Positions 9,626 to 20,445 are shown, counted from the stretch's first letter. The stretch: DNA of 64,000 nt from Thermoanaerobaculia bacterium (GCA_963664405.1 OY761158.1:6336001-6400000), one strand, 5' to 3'. The notes: generated from the sequence alone by a model not told the origin. A program made the numbers and translations.

Positions 9626-9978
9626 CCCGAAGCCACTATCGGCGCCAGCTCCTCCGCCTCTATCGACTCCTTCCCGACACCCCGCACCGCTTCCACCACG
9701 GCGACCGCGTCATCGTCGACCAGCTCTTCGACCAAGACCTGCCTCTCACCGTCCTCCAGGCCGCCCTCCTCCTCGGCTCCGCCCGACGCGCATGCCGAGA
9801 TCCGCGCCTACCAAAGCTCCAGCCCATCCGATCCCTCGCCTACTTTCTCCCCATCCTCCGAGAACTCCCCACGACGCCACCCCCCGAGGGGTACCTCGAC
9901 TATCTGCGCCACACCCTGAGTCACGCCTCGCGGGGACAAAAAACCGACTCGCAGCCAACTAAGTGCGCTTTCTCGTAG
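9622..9978 (+). CDS. Hypothetical accessory protein of the IS21 element
   Basis: ATGA overlap with istB; ends within the IRR; IRSLAYFLP. Confidence 0.7.
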   Translation: MTRSHYRRQLLRLYRLLPDTPHRFHHGDRVIVDQLFDQDLPLTVLQAALLLGSARRACRDPRLPKLQPIRSLAYFLPILRELPTTPPPEGYLDYLRHTLSHASRGQKTDSQPTKCAFS

Positions 9979-9993
9979 CCGGTAACAGACTAC

Positions 9994-10172
9994 TACGCCA
10001 GTACTTCCCGAAGGGCACCGACCTTGTCAGATACTCCTGCGACGACCTCGCCGCGGTCGCGCTCGCACTCAACGGCCGACCCCGCAAGACCCTCGGCTGG
10101 AGAACCCCTGCCGAAGTCTTCGATGAGCTTGTACACTCTGCTCACCAAGGCAACGCTGCGACGACTCCTTGA
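9994..10172 (+). pseudogene. IS30 transposase, C-terminal part
   Basis: [10 protein letters not shown]...[16 protein letters not shown]; in frame with 2027-3245 after removing IS21 and one TSD. Confidence 0.92.
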
Positions 10173-10179
10173 ACCCAAG

Positions 10180-10593
10180 CAGTACGCCTCGAAGGCTTAC
10201 CAGGATCGGCTGGCTGAGCTGCGGTTTCGCTGCAGCATGTCCGGCGTCGGAAATTGTTATGACAATGCGGTCTTGGAGAGCTTCTTCGACAGTCTCAAGA
10301 CCGAGGTCTGGGACCGACCCTTCGAGACTCGTCAGCGAGCTCACGACGAAGCGGTTTCTTACCTCGAAGTGTTCTACAACCTGAGACGCCAGCATTCGAC
10401 GCTCGGATTCCTGAGCCCCGAGGCCTTCGAAGGGGCAGCGTGAACTCACGCGCGACCGGCGGTCGGATCCGAAGGGAGGCTGCGCTCCCCGAACCTCGCA
10501 CAGCCTCGTCCGAAGCTGACTACCCGAACTGATGCAGAATAGGAACTGCCCCGATGGGGCTTAACTTGGTGTCCACGAAACCGTGACCGCTCA
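10180..10593 (+). mobile_element. IS3-family remnant (transposase C-terminus 10180-10443 plus IRR)
   Basis: QYAS...SMSGVGNCYDNAVLESFFDSLKTE...FYNLRRQHSTLGFLSP; IRR rc TGAGCGGTCACGGTTTCGTGGACACC. Confidence 0.88.
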
Positions 10594-10671
10594 GAACCCC
10601 TGCCGAAGTCTTCGATGAGTTTGTACACTCTGCTCACCAAGGCAACGTTGCGACGACCCCTTGAACCCAAG
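10594..10671 (+). repeat. Second copy of the last 78 bp of IS30 (matches 10102-10179)
   Basis: Direct repeat with 3 mismatches. Confidence 0.93.
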
Positions 10672-13082
10672 GGGTGCACAACCGTCGTTGTGGGGCGGAG
10701 GCCCCAAGGCTCGCCGCTGCTCCAGCCGAAGTAGCCGCCCAGGACGAGGTCGTGCTTGCCGAAGGTGAGACGCTTCAGGCCAACGACGTTGACGATGGCA
10801 TCTCGGTGCACGGGGATCTGGCCAAAGTGGTTGGAGTTGCTGGTGGCGTCGGTGGCACCCGTGCCCACCTCGATGCCGCCGAGACCCTCGAAGAGGTTGT
10901 CGTTGTCGGTGCGGTCGTCGGTATTGCCTTCGGTATTGCCGAAGGTGTAGTTGGTTCTCAGCGTCCAGTTGTTGCGAAAAGCGCGGTTGAGCTCGAAAGT
11001 GATGGCCTGATACTCGCGCCGGGCGTCAGGCCAGTTGCGCACGTCGCGGACTACCGCGCCGGCAGCGTCGTACTGGTCGGAGGCGTGGAAGATATTGTCT
11101 GCCTCGCTTACTACGGCGCGGCTCTTGAGAACCCAAAGGTTGCTGAATTGCCAGTCGACTCCAGCCGAGACCTCGTCCTTGTAGTAGGGGACGACGTTAC
11201 CAACCGCGCCGGCGGGCTCCACGTGGCGCTGAAATCTGTCGTAGAGCCCCGTGGCGCGATTGAAACCGAACTGGTCGTAGGTGTTAGTGCCGCTGTTTTC
11301 GCTGGTGAACTCTGCGTTCACGACGTTAAGGGCGATTTGGTGGTAGTAGCGCCCGGCCGTTCCGCGCACCAGCAGTTTGCCATCGCTATTGACGTCGTAG
11401 ACGACCGAGAGACGCGGCACCACCTCGGTGTAGCTGAGGATCTCTTCTTGGGTGGTCTCCTGGAGCCCCTGATCGTCGAGACGCAGGCCGAGCTGGAAGG
11501 TCAGATGGTCACCGACCTCGAGACGGTCCTGGGCAAACAACGAAGACATGTCGCTGTAGGAGCTGACGGCGTCGGCGGGCTCGTTGACCCGCTTGAATAC
11601 AGGCCTCACAAAGCCTCCGGGGCATTCTCTGCAAAAGCCCCGGCCGGCGTACCAGAGGGGGCCGGTGGCCAGGTTAGCGAATTCGATTTCCTGGTAATCA
11701 CCGCCGAACTTGAGCTCGTGATTGCCCTTGAAGAGGGTCACCGACGCCTGCGCCGCTTCGCGCGGGAAGTCGTTATAGCCAAGGCCCTGGGGCGATGCCA
11801 GACCGTTACGAGCCTGGCCGGTAATGAGATCGCGGTAGAGATCGTTGTTGCCGTTGGGAGAATCGGGAGAGGCGTTGGGGTCGATCTCGTGCGACATAAA
11901 ATCTTGCCGGAGGACGAGCTCCTCGCGATTGGTGAGCTTGAGCTCGGAGAACACCGAGTTGGTGGCCGCAAAGCTCCAGGTCCCGGTCTGGAGTCGGCCG
12001 TTGAGCGGTATAGTCATAATGGCGAATTCGTCCCCGGGATTGCCCGCGAATGCGATTGCGCTGCTCGGAGTGTCGATAGCGGTGATCGCGATCTGGTGCC
12101 GGTCCGCGGGCGCGAGGTTCACCTTCCCGAGCAGAGGCTCGGCGGTCCTGCTGGTGTCTAACAGCGCGCCGCTGGCGAGTTGGTCCCACCTGTTGTTATT
12201 GATCTCGTTGTAGGAGGCGAAGAACCAGGCCTTGTCCTTATAGATCGGTCCGCCGAGCGAGGTCTCGAAACTGTTGATCTGGTCGTCCGGGCGCGGGAGC
12301 TCGAACACGTTCTCGGCTCTCCACTTCGGGTTCTGGCCGATGTAGAGAAAGTTGCCGTGAAATGTGTTGGTGCCGGTCTTGATCACTGAGTTGAGGATTC
12401 CGCCGGTCGCCCGGCCATACTCCGCGCCGAAGCCGGCGCTTTCCACTGAGGTCTCCATGATCGCGGTGCCGGGGATCAGCATCCGCGGCTGGCCGCCGAA
12501 ACGGGTCATGGAGGTGTCAACACCTTCGATAAAGGCCCCGGTCTCGCTCGAGATGCCGCCGTTCATCGAAAGGAAGGCCCTAGAGTTTCTGCGAAGCACG
12601 ACTCCAGGCAACTGGAGGACGGACGATTGGTAGAGGCGGCTTTCGTAGGTGACGTTCTGTGCCACCTCGGCCGAGATCGTGGCGGTGGACCCGGTCTCGT
12701 ACTTGCTGATCAGCGGCGCTTCGGAAGTGACGGTGATGGTCTCGGAGGTGGCGGCCTGCAGCGCGAGGTCGACTTCCTTGCGCGCTCCCGGGCTGAGCTG
12801 GGTCCCGAACTCGGCCGTGCCCAGGCCCTCCAGGGTAGCCGTCACCGTGTAGTACCCGGCTTGCAGCAGACCGAAGCGGTACTTGCCCTCCGTGTCAGTG
12901 ATGGCGTTCTTGGTGTCCTGAGGTCCGCTAAGGGTTACAGAGACGCCCGGGAGAGCTCCCCCCTGAGCATCCGTAACCACTCCGTCGATCATGCTTGTCT
13001 CCGGACCATCGGCGGATAGCGGCAGTGCGCAAAGGGCGATGGCGCAGATCCAAATAAATGACTTTCTTGCGATTACACTCAT
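10672..13082 (-). pseudogene. TonB-dependent receptor (Oar-like, with carboxypeptidase-regulatory N-domain), N-terminal part
   Basis: Signal peptide; GVVTDAQGGALPGVSV; AEYGRATGG; GGPIYKDKAWFF; GGAGGAG RBS; reconstitutes to 892 aa. Confidence 0.92.
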
Positions 13083-13223
13083 GGTTTTCTCCTCCAGAGT
13101 CCTTGGGTCCCGGCCATTCGACCGCGGGGTGTCTTGGTTAAAGGCCGCATATGGCCACGGCGCCCTAACAATCAAAAAGCTGCGAAGACATTTGTTAAAT
13201 TAACCTACACGCAAAATCTGTTC

Positions 13224-13270
13224 CAACTACATGTTGTGCCACCCGATGGGGGGGGGTACTATATATTGTG
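13224..13270. promoter_or_regulatory. Tandem NrdR-box-like sites
   Basis: CAACTACATGTTGTG (13224) and GTACTATATATTGTG (13256), 32 bp apart; match the consensus acaCwAtATaTwGtg. Confidence 0.65.
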
Positions 13271-13675
13271 GTTCTTTGCTCCGGATAAAACAGAAATTTG
13301 AATCTCGTATTCAATAAACTGCATCAGCCGCATAAAGCAGCTGCATACCCTCGCCGCTCCTCTACCAGAAACGGAATTGCCATCGGTTTGGACCATCACA
13401 TCTGACACGAGAGCCACCTGGAAGAACTCGCGTTATCGTCGAAGGGATCGCGCCGCCCAGGACGGGGCTAGTACCTATTTGGTCTCTAGACGCTATTCCA
13501 TTCGGGTGCTTTGTGCAAGTGAGTGCTTAATGCGAGTGGTTGACTCAAGAGATTCGAGGGCGCTAGAGTCGCAGTCGACTTGGCGCGCGCGACCAAGATG
13601 GCGACGGCAAGATCAGGTTTAGCGAAGCGCCGGCGCTGAGCATCATCGAGAGGCTCCCACCGACTACCGAGGACG

Positions 13676-14746
13676 ATGAATATGGATCACAAGAGTGTAT
13701 TGGCTCGCGTGATGAGTATCACGCTCCCCCCTACTTGCTTCCCGCCAAGCGCGGCTAGCGCCGCGCGGCTCAGGCCACTAGGCCCGAGTGAAGATGACGC
13801 ATCGATCAACATGCTGCCGGGCCTAGTGGCACTAGTGATGATGGCGATGGCCGCCCTGGTGCCGGCGACAAGCGGGGCCGGGGATGTGTTCGACCGGGTC
13901 GAGCATCATCAGACCGACAATGACGGCGTCTCTCTTCATTACGTCACTCTGGGCGAGGGGCCGGTGGTTCTCTTCGTTCATGGCTTTCCGGATTTCTGGT
14001 ACACCTGGCGCGAACAGATGGCGGCCCTTTCGGGCGACTTTTTGACCGTCGCCATGGACACGCGAGCCAACAATAAGAGCGGTAAGCCCGACGGTGTCGA
14101 GAACTACACCATGCCGCACCTTATGGCGGACGTCGAAGCGGTGATCGAGGACCTGGGCGTCGATTCGGTCGCCCTGGTCGGACACGATTGGGGCGGTTCG
14201 ATCTCGTGGCAGTTTGCGATGCACTACCCGCAGCTCGTCAACAAACTGGTGATCCTCAACTTGACCCACCCGAGGGGCCGCTCGACCGTGCGCCGCAACG
14301 CGACCGCGGAGCAGAAGGCAAATACCGAGTACATCACTCGCTTTCAGACGCCTGGGTTTGAAGATCGGTTCACGCCCGAGGTTCTTACCGGCATTACGGC
14401 TCGTGACGTTTCAGGCGAAGTGCGGGAGCGCTATCTCGAGGCGTTCTCGCGAGGCTCGACCAAAGGGATGCTCGACTATTACCGGGCGGCGTTCAACGGC
14501 CTGGATGCGGCGCCGGGTGAAGGCGAAGAGCTGCCCGCGCTGTCGATGCCGGTGCTGCAGTTCCACGGATTGAAAGACAAAGCCGTCGACAAGGACGGGC
14601 TGCGCGACACCTGGAACTGGATCAACGAGGACTACACTCTCGTCACGATCCCAAGCAGCGACCATTGGGTGCAACGAGAAGCCGCGGATATGGTCAGCAC
14701 TACAATGCTCTGGTGGCTGAAGAGTCGGCCTAGGCTCCACAAATGA
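13676..14746 (+). CDS. Alpha/beta hydrolase, epoxide hydrolase-like (real start may be 13811)
   Basis: HGFPDFWYTW, GHDWGG nucleophile Asp, DHWVQRE. Confidence 0.9.
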   Translation: MNMDHKSVLARVMSITLPPTCFPPSAASAARLRPLGPSEDDASINMLPGLVALVMMAMAALVPATSGAGDVFDRVEHHQTDNDGVSLHYVTLGEGPVVLFVHGFPDFWYTWREQMAALSGDFLTVAMDTRANNKSGKPDGVENYTMPHLMADVEAVIEDLGVDSVALVGHDWGGSISWQFAMHYPQLVNKLVILNLTHPRGRSTVRRNATAEQKANTEYITRFQTPGFEDRFTPEVLTGITARDVSGEVRERYLEAFSRGSTKGMLDYYRAAFNGLDAAPGEGEELPALSMPVLQFHGLKDKAVDKDGLRDTWNWINEDYTLVTIPSSDHWVQREAADMVSTTMLWWLKSRPRLHK

Positions 14747-14902
14747 TGAGTATCATTTGCTCCGCTAGGCGCGCCCCACCTAGTTGTTTCTTGGCGCCGA
14801 GGACGGCGCACTTTGAGCTTGCTTCCTATGCGCTTCGGAAGACGTTTTCGTTTCTTGCCGCGCAGACTCCTAGTGTCGAGAAAATCAGGAGCCCTTAAGC
14901 CG

Positions 14903-16714
14903 ATGAGACGAGTCCAACGCATTGCCGCGCTGACGGTCGGCTCCTTGGCTGCCACTTACGCCGCGGGTGCGGAGCGGAACGCCTACTTCGGTGATCTGCA
15001 CATCCACACCCAGTTTTCGTTGGACGCGTTCACCTTCGGCACGCGCTCGTCGCCCGACGACGCCTACAGGTATGCCCGCGGCGAAGCCATCAAACATCCC
15101 GTCGGCTTTGATATCCAGCTCGATCGCCCGCTCGATTTCTACGCCGTCACCGACCACGGCTTCTATCTCGGCATGTGGTTGGCGATGATGGACCCCGAAC
15201 ATCCACTCCACAACGATCCCGAAGCCCGTCGCTATCTCGATTCGGACCAGGGAACGCTCGTCACCGGTATGGGCCACGACCTCACTACTGCCATCCAGTT
15301 TCTCCGGGACCATCCCGACCCGGGGGCCTCACGTCCGGCATGGCGGGAGACCATCGCGTCGGCCGAGCGAAACTACGAGCCGGGCAAGCTCACGACGTTC
15401 ATCGCCTATGAATACAGTTCATCGGACGCCGACGGCGGCAACCAACACCGCAACGTCATTTTCCGCGGCTCGAAAGCGCCCGACCTGCCTTTCACTCGAC
15501 TCGACTCGCCGAACCCCGAGGATCTCTGGGATTGGCTCGATGACTTGCGTGCGCGGGGCATCGAAGCGCTGGCGATTCCGCACAACTCGAACCAGAGCCG
15601 CGGTAATAAGTTCGCGCTCCAGCAGGTGTCGGGCGAGCCTTTCGACGCGGCGTACGCCCGGCTGCGGATGCGCAATGAGCCACTCGTCGAGATGACCCAG
15701 ATCAAGGGCACTTCGGAGACACACCCCTTGCTCTCTCCCAACGACGAGTGGGCCGACTTCGAGATCGAGTACCTCTCCCCCGAGGACTCGAACCTGAAGA
15801 TCGTCCGTGGCAGCTATGTACGCGACGCCTACCTGACCGGTCTCGGGTTCGAGGAAAAGGAGGGCTTCAATCCCTACCGCTTCGGAATGATCGGCGCGAG
15901 CGACGGCCACAACGCGGGCTCGGCCTTCGAGGAGTCGAAATTCTTCAGCAAGCTCGGGCTCCACGATGGCAAACCGGAGCAGCGCGGGTCGGTTCCCCCA
16001 GGTGGCGCGAAAACCTGGGACGACACCGCACTAGCCGCGCGCAGTGCGAGGTATTCGAGTTGGGGTGCTTCTGGCCTGGCGGGGGTGTGGGCCGAGGAGA
16101 ACAACCGCGAGTCGATCTACGATGCGTTCCGCCGCAAAGAGACCTTCGCCACCACCGGTCCGCGCATCCGTGTGCGTTTCTTCGGCAGCTACGAGTTCGG
16201 CGACGATGCGCTCGAGAGCAGCGATCTCGTGGCCAAGGCCTACGAGCACGGTGTGCCGATGGGCGCCGACCTCCCAGCCCGGCGCCGTGGCTCACCGCAG
16301 TTCCTCGTTTGGGCGGTGCAGGACCCCGAGTCCGCGAGACTCCAGCGTGTGCAGGTGATCAAGGGCTGGATCGAGGACGGCGAGGCGAAGGAGCGCGTCT
16401 ACGATGTCGCCTGCTCGGACGATCTCGAAGTCGATCCTGAGACCCACCGCTGTCCCGACAACGGCGCCGAGGTGAATCTCGCCGACTGCAGCGTCAGCGC
16501 CGACGTCGGCTCTGCGGAGCTCAAAACACTTTGGACCGATCCCGAGTTCGACCGCGGGCAACGTGCCTTCTACTATGTTCGTGCCTTGGAGAATCCCACT
16601 TGCCGCTGGTCGACGTGGGATGCCATGCGTGCGGGCACGCCGCCTCGACCCGGTCTTGCGCTAACGCTTCAGGAGCGCGCCTTTTCGTCTCCCATTTGGT
16701 TGAACCCGCGATAG
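14903..16714 (+). CDS. DUF3604 secreted PHP-like metallohydrolase, copy 1
   Basis: YFGDLHIHT, AVTDH, HRNVIF, IPHNSN, SDGH, QERAFSSPIW. Confidence 0.92.
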   Translation: MRRVQRIAALTVGSLAATYAAGAERNAYFGDLHIHTQFSLDAFTFGTRSSPDDAYRYARGEAIKHPVGFDIQLDRPLDFYAVTDHGFYLGMWLAMMDPEHPLHNDPEARRYLDSDQGTLVTGMGHDLTTAIQFLRDHPDPGASRPAWRETIASAERNYEPGKLTTFIAYEYSSSDADGGNQHRNVIFRGSKAPDLPFTRLDSPNPEDLWDWLDDLRARGIEALAIPHNSNQSRGNKFALQQVSGEPFDAAYARLRMRNEPLVEMTQIKGTSETHPLLSPNDEWADFEIEYLSPEDSNLKIVRGSYVRDAYLTGLGFEEKEGFNPYRFGMIGASDGHNAGSAFEESKFFSKLGLHDGKPEQRGSVPPGGAKTWDDTALAARSARYSSWGASGLAGVWAEENNRESIYDAFRRKETFATTGPRIRVRFFGSYEFGDDALESSDLVAKAYEHGVPMGADLPARRRGSPQFLVWAVQDPESARLQRVQVIKGWIEDGEAKERVYDVACSDDLEVDPETHRCPDNGAEVNLADCSVSADVGSAELKTLWTDPEFDRGQRAFYYVRALENPTCRWSTWDAMRAGTPPRPGLALTLQERAFSSPIWLNPR

Positions 16715-16725
16715 AGGAGTAGTCG

Positions 16726-18540
16726 ATGAGAAGAGTCCGCATTGCCGCGCTGACGATCAGCGCATTGGCTGCCACCTATGCCGGTGCGGAGCGAAACGCT
16801 TACTTCGGTGATCTGCACATCCACACCCAGTTTTCGTTCGACGCTTTCATCTTGGGCACCCGCTCGTCGCCCGATGACGCCTACCGCTATGCGCGCGGCG
16901 AAGCCATCAAACATCCCGTCGGCTTCGATATCCAGCTCGATCGCCCGCTCGATTTCTACGCCGTCACCGACCACGGTTTCTATCTCGGCTGGTTCAAGGC
17001 GATGACGGATCCTGATCATCCGCTCCACGACGATCCCGAAGTCCGTCCCTATCTCGATTCGCACACCGGAACCCTCCTCACCGGGCAAGGTCCGAATACC
17101 ACTGCCGCCATCCGGTATCTCCAGGCCCACCCCGACCCGGAGGCCTCACCTTCGGCATGGCGGGAGACCATCGCGTCGGCGGAGCGAAACTACGAGCCGG
17201 GGAAGCTCACGACCTTCGTCGCCTACGAGTACAGCTTCACGGAAGGCAGGGGGGTGGGGAATCAACACCGCAACGTCATTTTCCGCGGCACGAAGGTGCC
17301 CGACGCACCCTTCACGCGACTGGACTCGTCGAACCCCGAGGATCTGTGGAAGTGGCTCGACGGCTTGCGAGCTCGGGGCATCGAAGGTCTCGCCATTCCC
17401 CACAACTCGAACCAGAGCACCGGCCAGAAGTTCGCGCGCCAGCAGACGTCGGGTGACCCCTTCGATGCGGCGTATGCCCGGCTGCGGATGCGCAACGAGC
17501 CACTGGTCGAGGTAACGCAGGTCAAGGGCACCTCGGAGACACACCCCCTGCTCTCGCCCAACGACGAGTGGGCCGACTTCGAGATCGAGCTCCGCTCCCC
17601 GGCAGCGTCGAAGCTCGAGGCCATCCGTGGCAGCTTTGTGCGCGACGCCTATCTGACCGGTCTCGAGTTCGAGGAGAACGAGGGCTTCAACCCCTACCGC
17701 TTCGGGTTGATCGGTTCGAGCGACTCCCACAACGCGGGCGCGTCCTACCGGGAGGAGAAATTCTTCAGCAAGCTCGGGCTCCACGATGGCGAGCCGGAGG
17801 GGCGCGCTTCGGTTCCTCCGGGGGGGGCAAAGACCTGGGATGACGCCGCTCTAACCAGGGGGGGATATAGCACCAGGATTCCGACGTGGGGCGCTTCCGG
17901 CTTGGCCGGGGTATGGGCCGAGGAGAACACACGCGAATCGATCTACGACGCGTTCCGCCGCAAAGAGACCTTCGCCACCACCGGACCGCGCATCCGTGTG
18001 CGTTTCTTCGGCAGCTACGAGTTCGGCGACGATGCGCTCGAGAGCAGCGATCTGGTGGCCAAGGCCTACGAGCACGGTGTGCCGATGGGCGCCGACCTCC
18101 CGGCCCGGCGGCGCGGCGCGCCGCGGTTTCTCGTCTGGGCGGTCCAGGACCCCGAGTCCGCAAGGCTCCAGCGTGTGCAGGTGATCAAGGGCTGGATCGA
18201 AGACGGCAAGCCGCAGGAGCGCGTCTACGATGTCGCCTGCTCGGACGATCTCGAAGTCGACCCTGAGACCCACCGCTGCCCCGACAACGGCGCTCAGGTG
18301 AATCTCGCCGACTGCAGCGTCAGCGCCGACGTCGGTGCGGCGCAGCTCAAGACTCTATGGGCCGATCCCGAGTTCGACCGAGGGCAACGTGCCTTCTACT
18401 ATGTGCGTGCCTTGGAGAATCCAACTTGCCGCTGGTCGACGTGGGATGCCATGCGTGCGGGCACGCCGCCTCGACCCGGTCTTGCGCTAACTCTTCAGGA
18501 GCGCGCCTATTCGTCTCCCATTTGGTTGAACCCGCGATAG
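16726..18540 (+). CDS. DUF3604 protein, copy 2
   Basis: Same motifs as copy 1; GAGGAG RBS. Confidence 0.92.
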   Translation: MRRVRIAALTISALAATYAGAERNAYFGDLHIHTQFSFDAFILGTRSSPDDAYRYARGEAIKHPVGFDIQLDRPLDFYAVTDHGFYLGWFKAMTDPDHPLHDDPEVRPYLDSHTGTLLTGQGPNTTAAIRYLQAHPDPEASPSAWRETIASAERNYEPGKLTTFVAYEYSFTEGRGVGNQHRNVIFRGTKVPDAPFTRLDSSNPEDLWKWLDGLRARGIEGLAIPHNSNQSTGQKFARQQTSGDPFDAAYARLRMRNEPLVEVTQVKGTSETHPLLSPNDEWADFEIELRSPAASKLEAIRGSFVRDAYLTGLEFEENEGFNPYRFGLIGSSDSHNAGASYREEKFFSKLGLHDGEPEGRASVPPGGAKTWDDAALTRGGYSTRIPTWGASGLAGVWAEENTRESIYDAFRRKETFATTGPRIRVRFFGSYEFGDDALESSDLVAKAYEHGVPMGADLPARRRGAPRFLVWAVQDPESARLQRVQVIKGWIEDGKPQERVYDVACSDDLEVDPETHRCPDNGAQVNLADCSVSADVGAAQLKTLWADPEFDRGQRAFYYVRALENPTCRWSTWDAMRAGTPPRPGLALTLQERAYSSPIWLNPR

Positions 18541-18551
18541 AGGAGGTTTCG

Positions 18552-20385
18552 ATGAGAAGAGTCTGCATTGCCGCGCTGACAATCAGCGCATTGGCTGCCA
18601 CCTATGCCGGAGCGGAGCGAAACGCTTACTTCGGTGATCTGCACATCCACACCCAGTTTTCGTTGGACGCGTTCACCTTCGGCACGCGCTCGTCGCCCGA
18701 CGACGCCTACAGGTATGCCCGTGGGGAGGCGATCAAACATCCCGTCGGCTTTGATATCCAGCTCGATCGCCCGCTCGATTTCTACGCCGTCACCGACCAC
18801 GGCTTCTATCTCGGCATGTGGTTGGCGATGATGGACCCTGAACATCCACTCCACAACGACCCCGAAGCCCGTCGCTATCTCGATTCGGACCAGGGAACGC
18901 TCGTCACCGGTGTAGGCCCCGACCTCACTACTGCCATCCAGTTTCTCCGGGACCATCCCGACCCGGGGGCCTCACGTCCGGCATGGCGGGAGACCATCGC
19001 GTCGGCGGAGCGAAACTACGAGCCGGGCAAGCTCACGACGTTCATCGCCTATGAATACACTTCATCGGACGCCGACGGCGGCAACCAACACCGCAACGTC
19101 ATTTTCCGCGGCTCGAAAGCGCCCGACCTGCCTTTCACTCGACTCGACTCGCCGAACCCCGAGGATCTCTGGGATTGGCTCGATGACTTGCGTGCGCGGG
19201 GCATCGAAGCGCTGGCGATTCCGCACAACTCGAACCAGAGCCGCGGTAATAAGTTCGCGCTCCAGCAGGTGTCGGGCGAGCCTTTCGACGCGGCGTACGC
19301 CCGGCTGCGGATGCGCAATGAGCCACTCGTCGAGATGACCCAGATCAAGGGCACTTCGGAGACACACCCCTTGCTCTCTCCCAACGACGAGTGGGCCGAC
19401 TTCGAGATCGAGTACCTCTCGCCCGAGGACTCGAACCTGAAGATCGTCCGTGGCAGCTATGTACGCGACGCCTACCTGACCGGTCTCGGGTTCGAGGAAA
19501 AGGAGGGCTTCAATCCCTACCGCTTCGGAATGATCGGCGCGAGCGACGGCCATAACGCGGGCTCGGCCTTCGAGGAGTCGAAATTCTTCAGCAAGCTCGG
19601 GCTCCACGATGGCAAGCCGGAGGGGCGCGGGTCGGTGCCCCCGGGGGGGGGCAAAGACCTGGGATGACGCCGCACTGACCGGGGGACCTAGTAGTGACAG
19701 GCCAGGAGGAGCGCCGAGCCGGAGGTCGACGTGGGGCGCTTCCGGCTTGGCCGGGGTATGGGCCGAGGAGAACACTCGCGAATCGATTTACGATGCGTTC
19801 CGCCGCAAAGAGACCTTCGCCACCACCGGACCGCGCATGCGTGTGCGCTTCTTCGGCAGCTACGACTTCGGCGACGATGCGCTCGAGAGCAGCGATCTGG
19901 TGGCCAAGGCCTACGAGCACGGCGTGCCGATGGGCGCCGACCTCCCAGCCCGGCGGCGTGGCGCGCCGCGGTTTCTCGTTTGGGCGGTGCAGGACCCCGA
20001 GTCCGCCAAGCTCCAGCGTGTGCAGGTGATCAAAGGCTGGATCGAGGACGGCGAGCCGCAGGAGCGGGTCTACGATGTCGCCTGCTCGGACGATCTCGAG
20101 GTCGATCCTGAGACCCACCGCTGCCCCGACAACGGCGCCGAGGTGAATCTCGCCGACTGCAGTGTCAGCGCCAACGTCGGTGCGGCGCAGCTCAAGACTC
20201 TATGGACCGATCCCGACTTCGACCGCCGTGAACGCGCCTTCTATTACGTGCGTGCCTTGGAGAATCCCACTTGCCGCTGGTCGACGTGGGATGCAATGCG
20301 TGCGGGCACGCCGCCTCGACCCGGTCTTGCGCTAACCCTTCAGGAGCGCGCCTTTTCGTCCCCAATTTGGTTGATACCACGATAG
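18552..20385 (+). pseudogene. DUF3604 protein, copy 3, with a +1 frameshift in a G9 run
   Basis: G9 at 19643-19651 where copy 2 has G8; homologous to copies 1 and 2 on both sides. Confidence 0.85.
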
Positions 20386-20445
20386 GCACAAAGCGGGTGG
20401 CGTTACCAGCCGCGGATCAACCCGTCCGACTTCCAGGAGATTGAG

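Larger units (their letters stand above)
3246..9987 (+). mobile_element. IS21-family element
   Basis: Ends TGTTGATGGCTGCGAGCAAGCGCA and rc TGTTACCGGCTACGAGAAAGCGCA; internal GTTGGCTGCGAG repeats; 6-bp TSD GACTAC at 3240-3245 and 9988-9993. Confidence 0.93.
1980..10671 (+). mobile_element. IS30-family composite insertion (contains IS21, the recombinase element and an IS3 remnant)
   Basis: IRL GGCGGATTCAACTGGTCGTCGCAAC at 1980; IRR (rc CTTGGGTTCAAGGGGTCGTCGCAAC) ends at 10671, with an inner IRR copy ending at 10179; 3-bp TSD GGG at 1977-1979 and 10672-10674. Confidence 0.9.

Noticed and set aside
10674-12161. 495-aa plus-strand ORF
   Set aside because: Antisense shadow of the TonB receptor.
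10446-13175. 909-aa ORF as an intact receptor
   Set aside because: The last ~75 aa are read-through into IS sequence; the true C-terminus is at 1976-1709.
14903-20385. DGR-type diversification of the tandem paralogs
   Set aside because: Differences are not adenine-specific and include indels; the RTs in the window are group II intron types.
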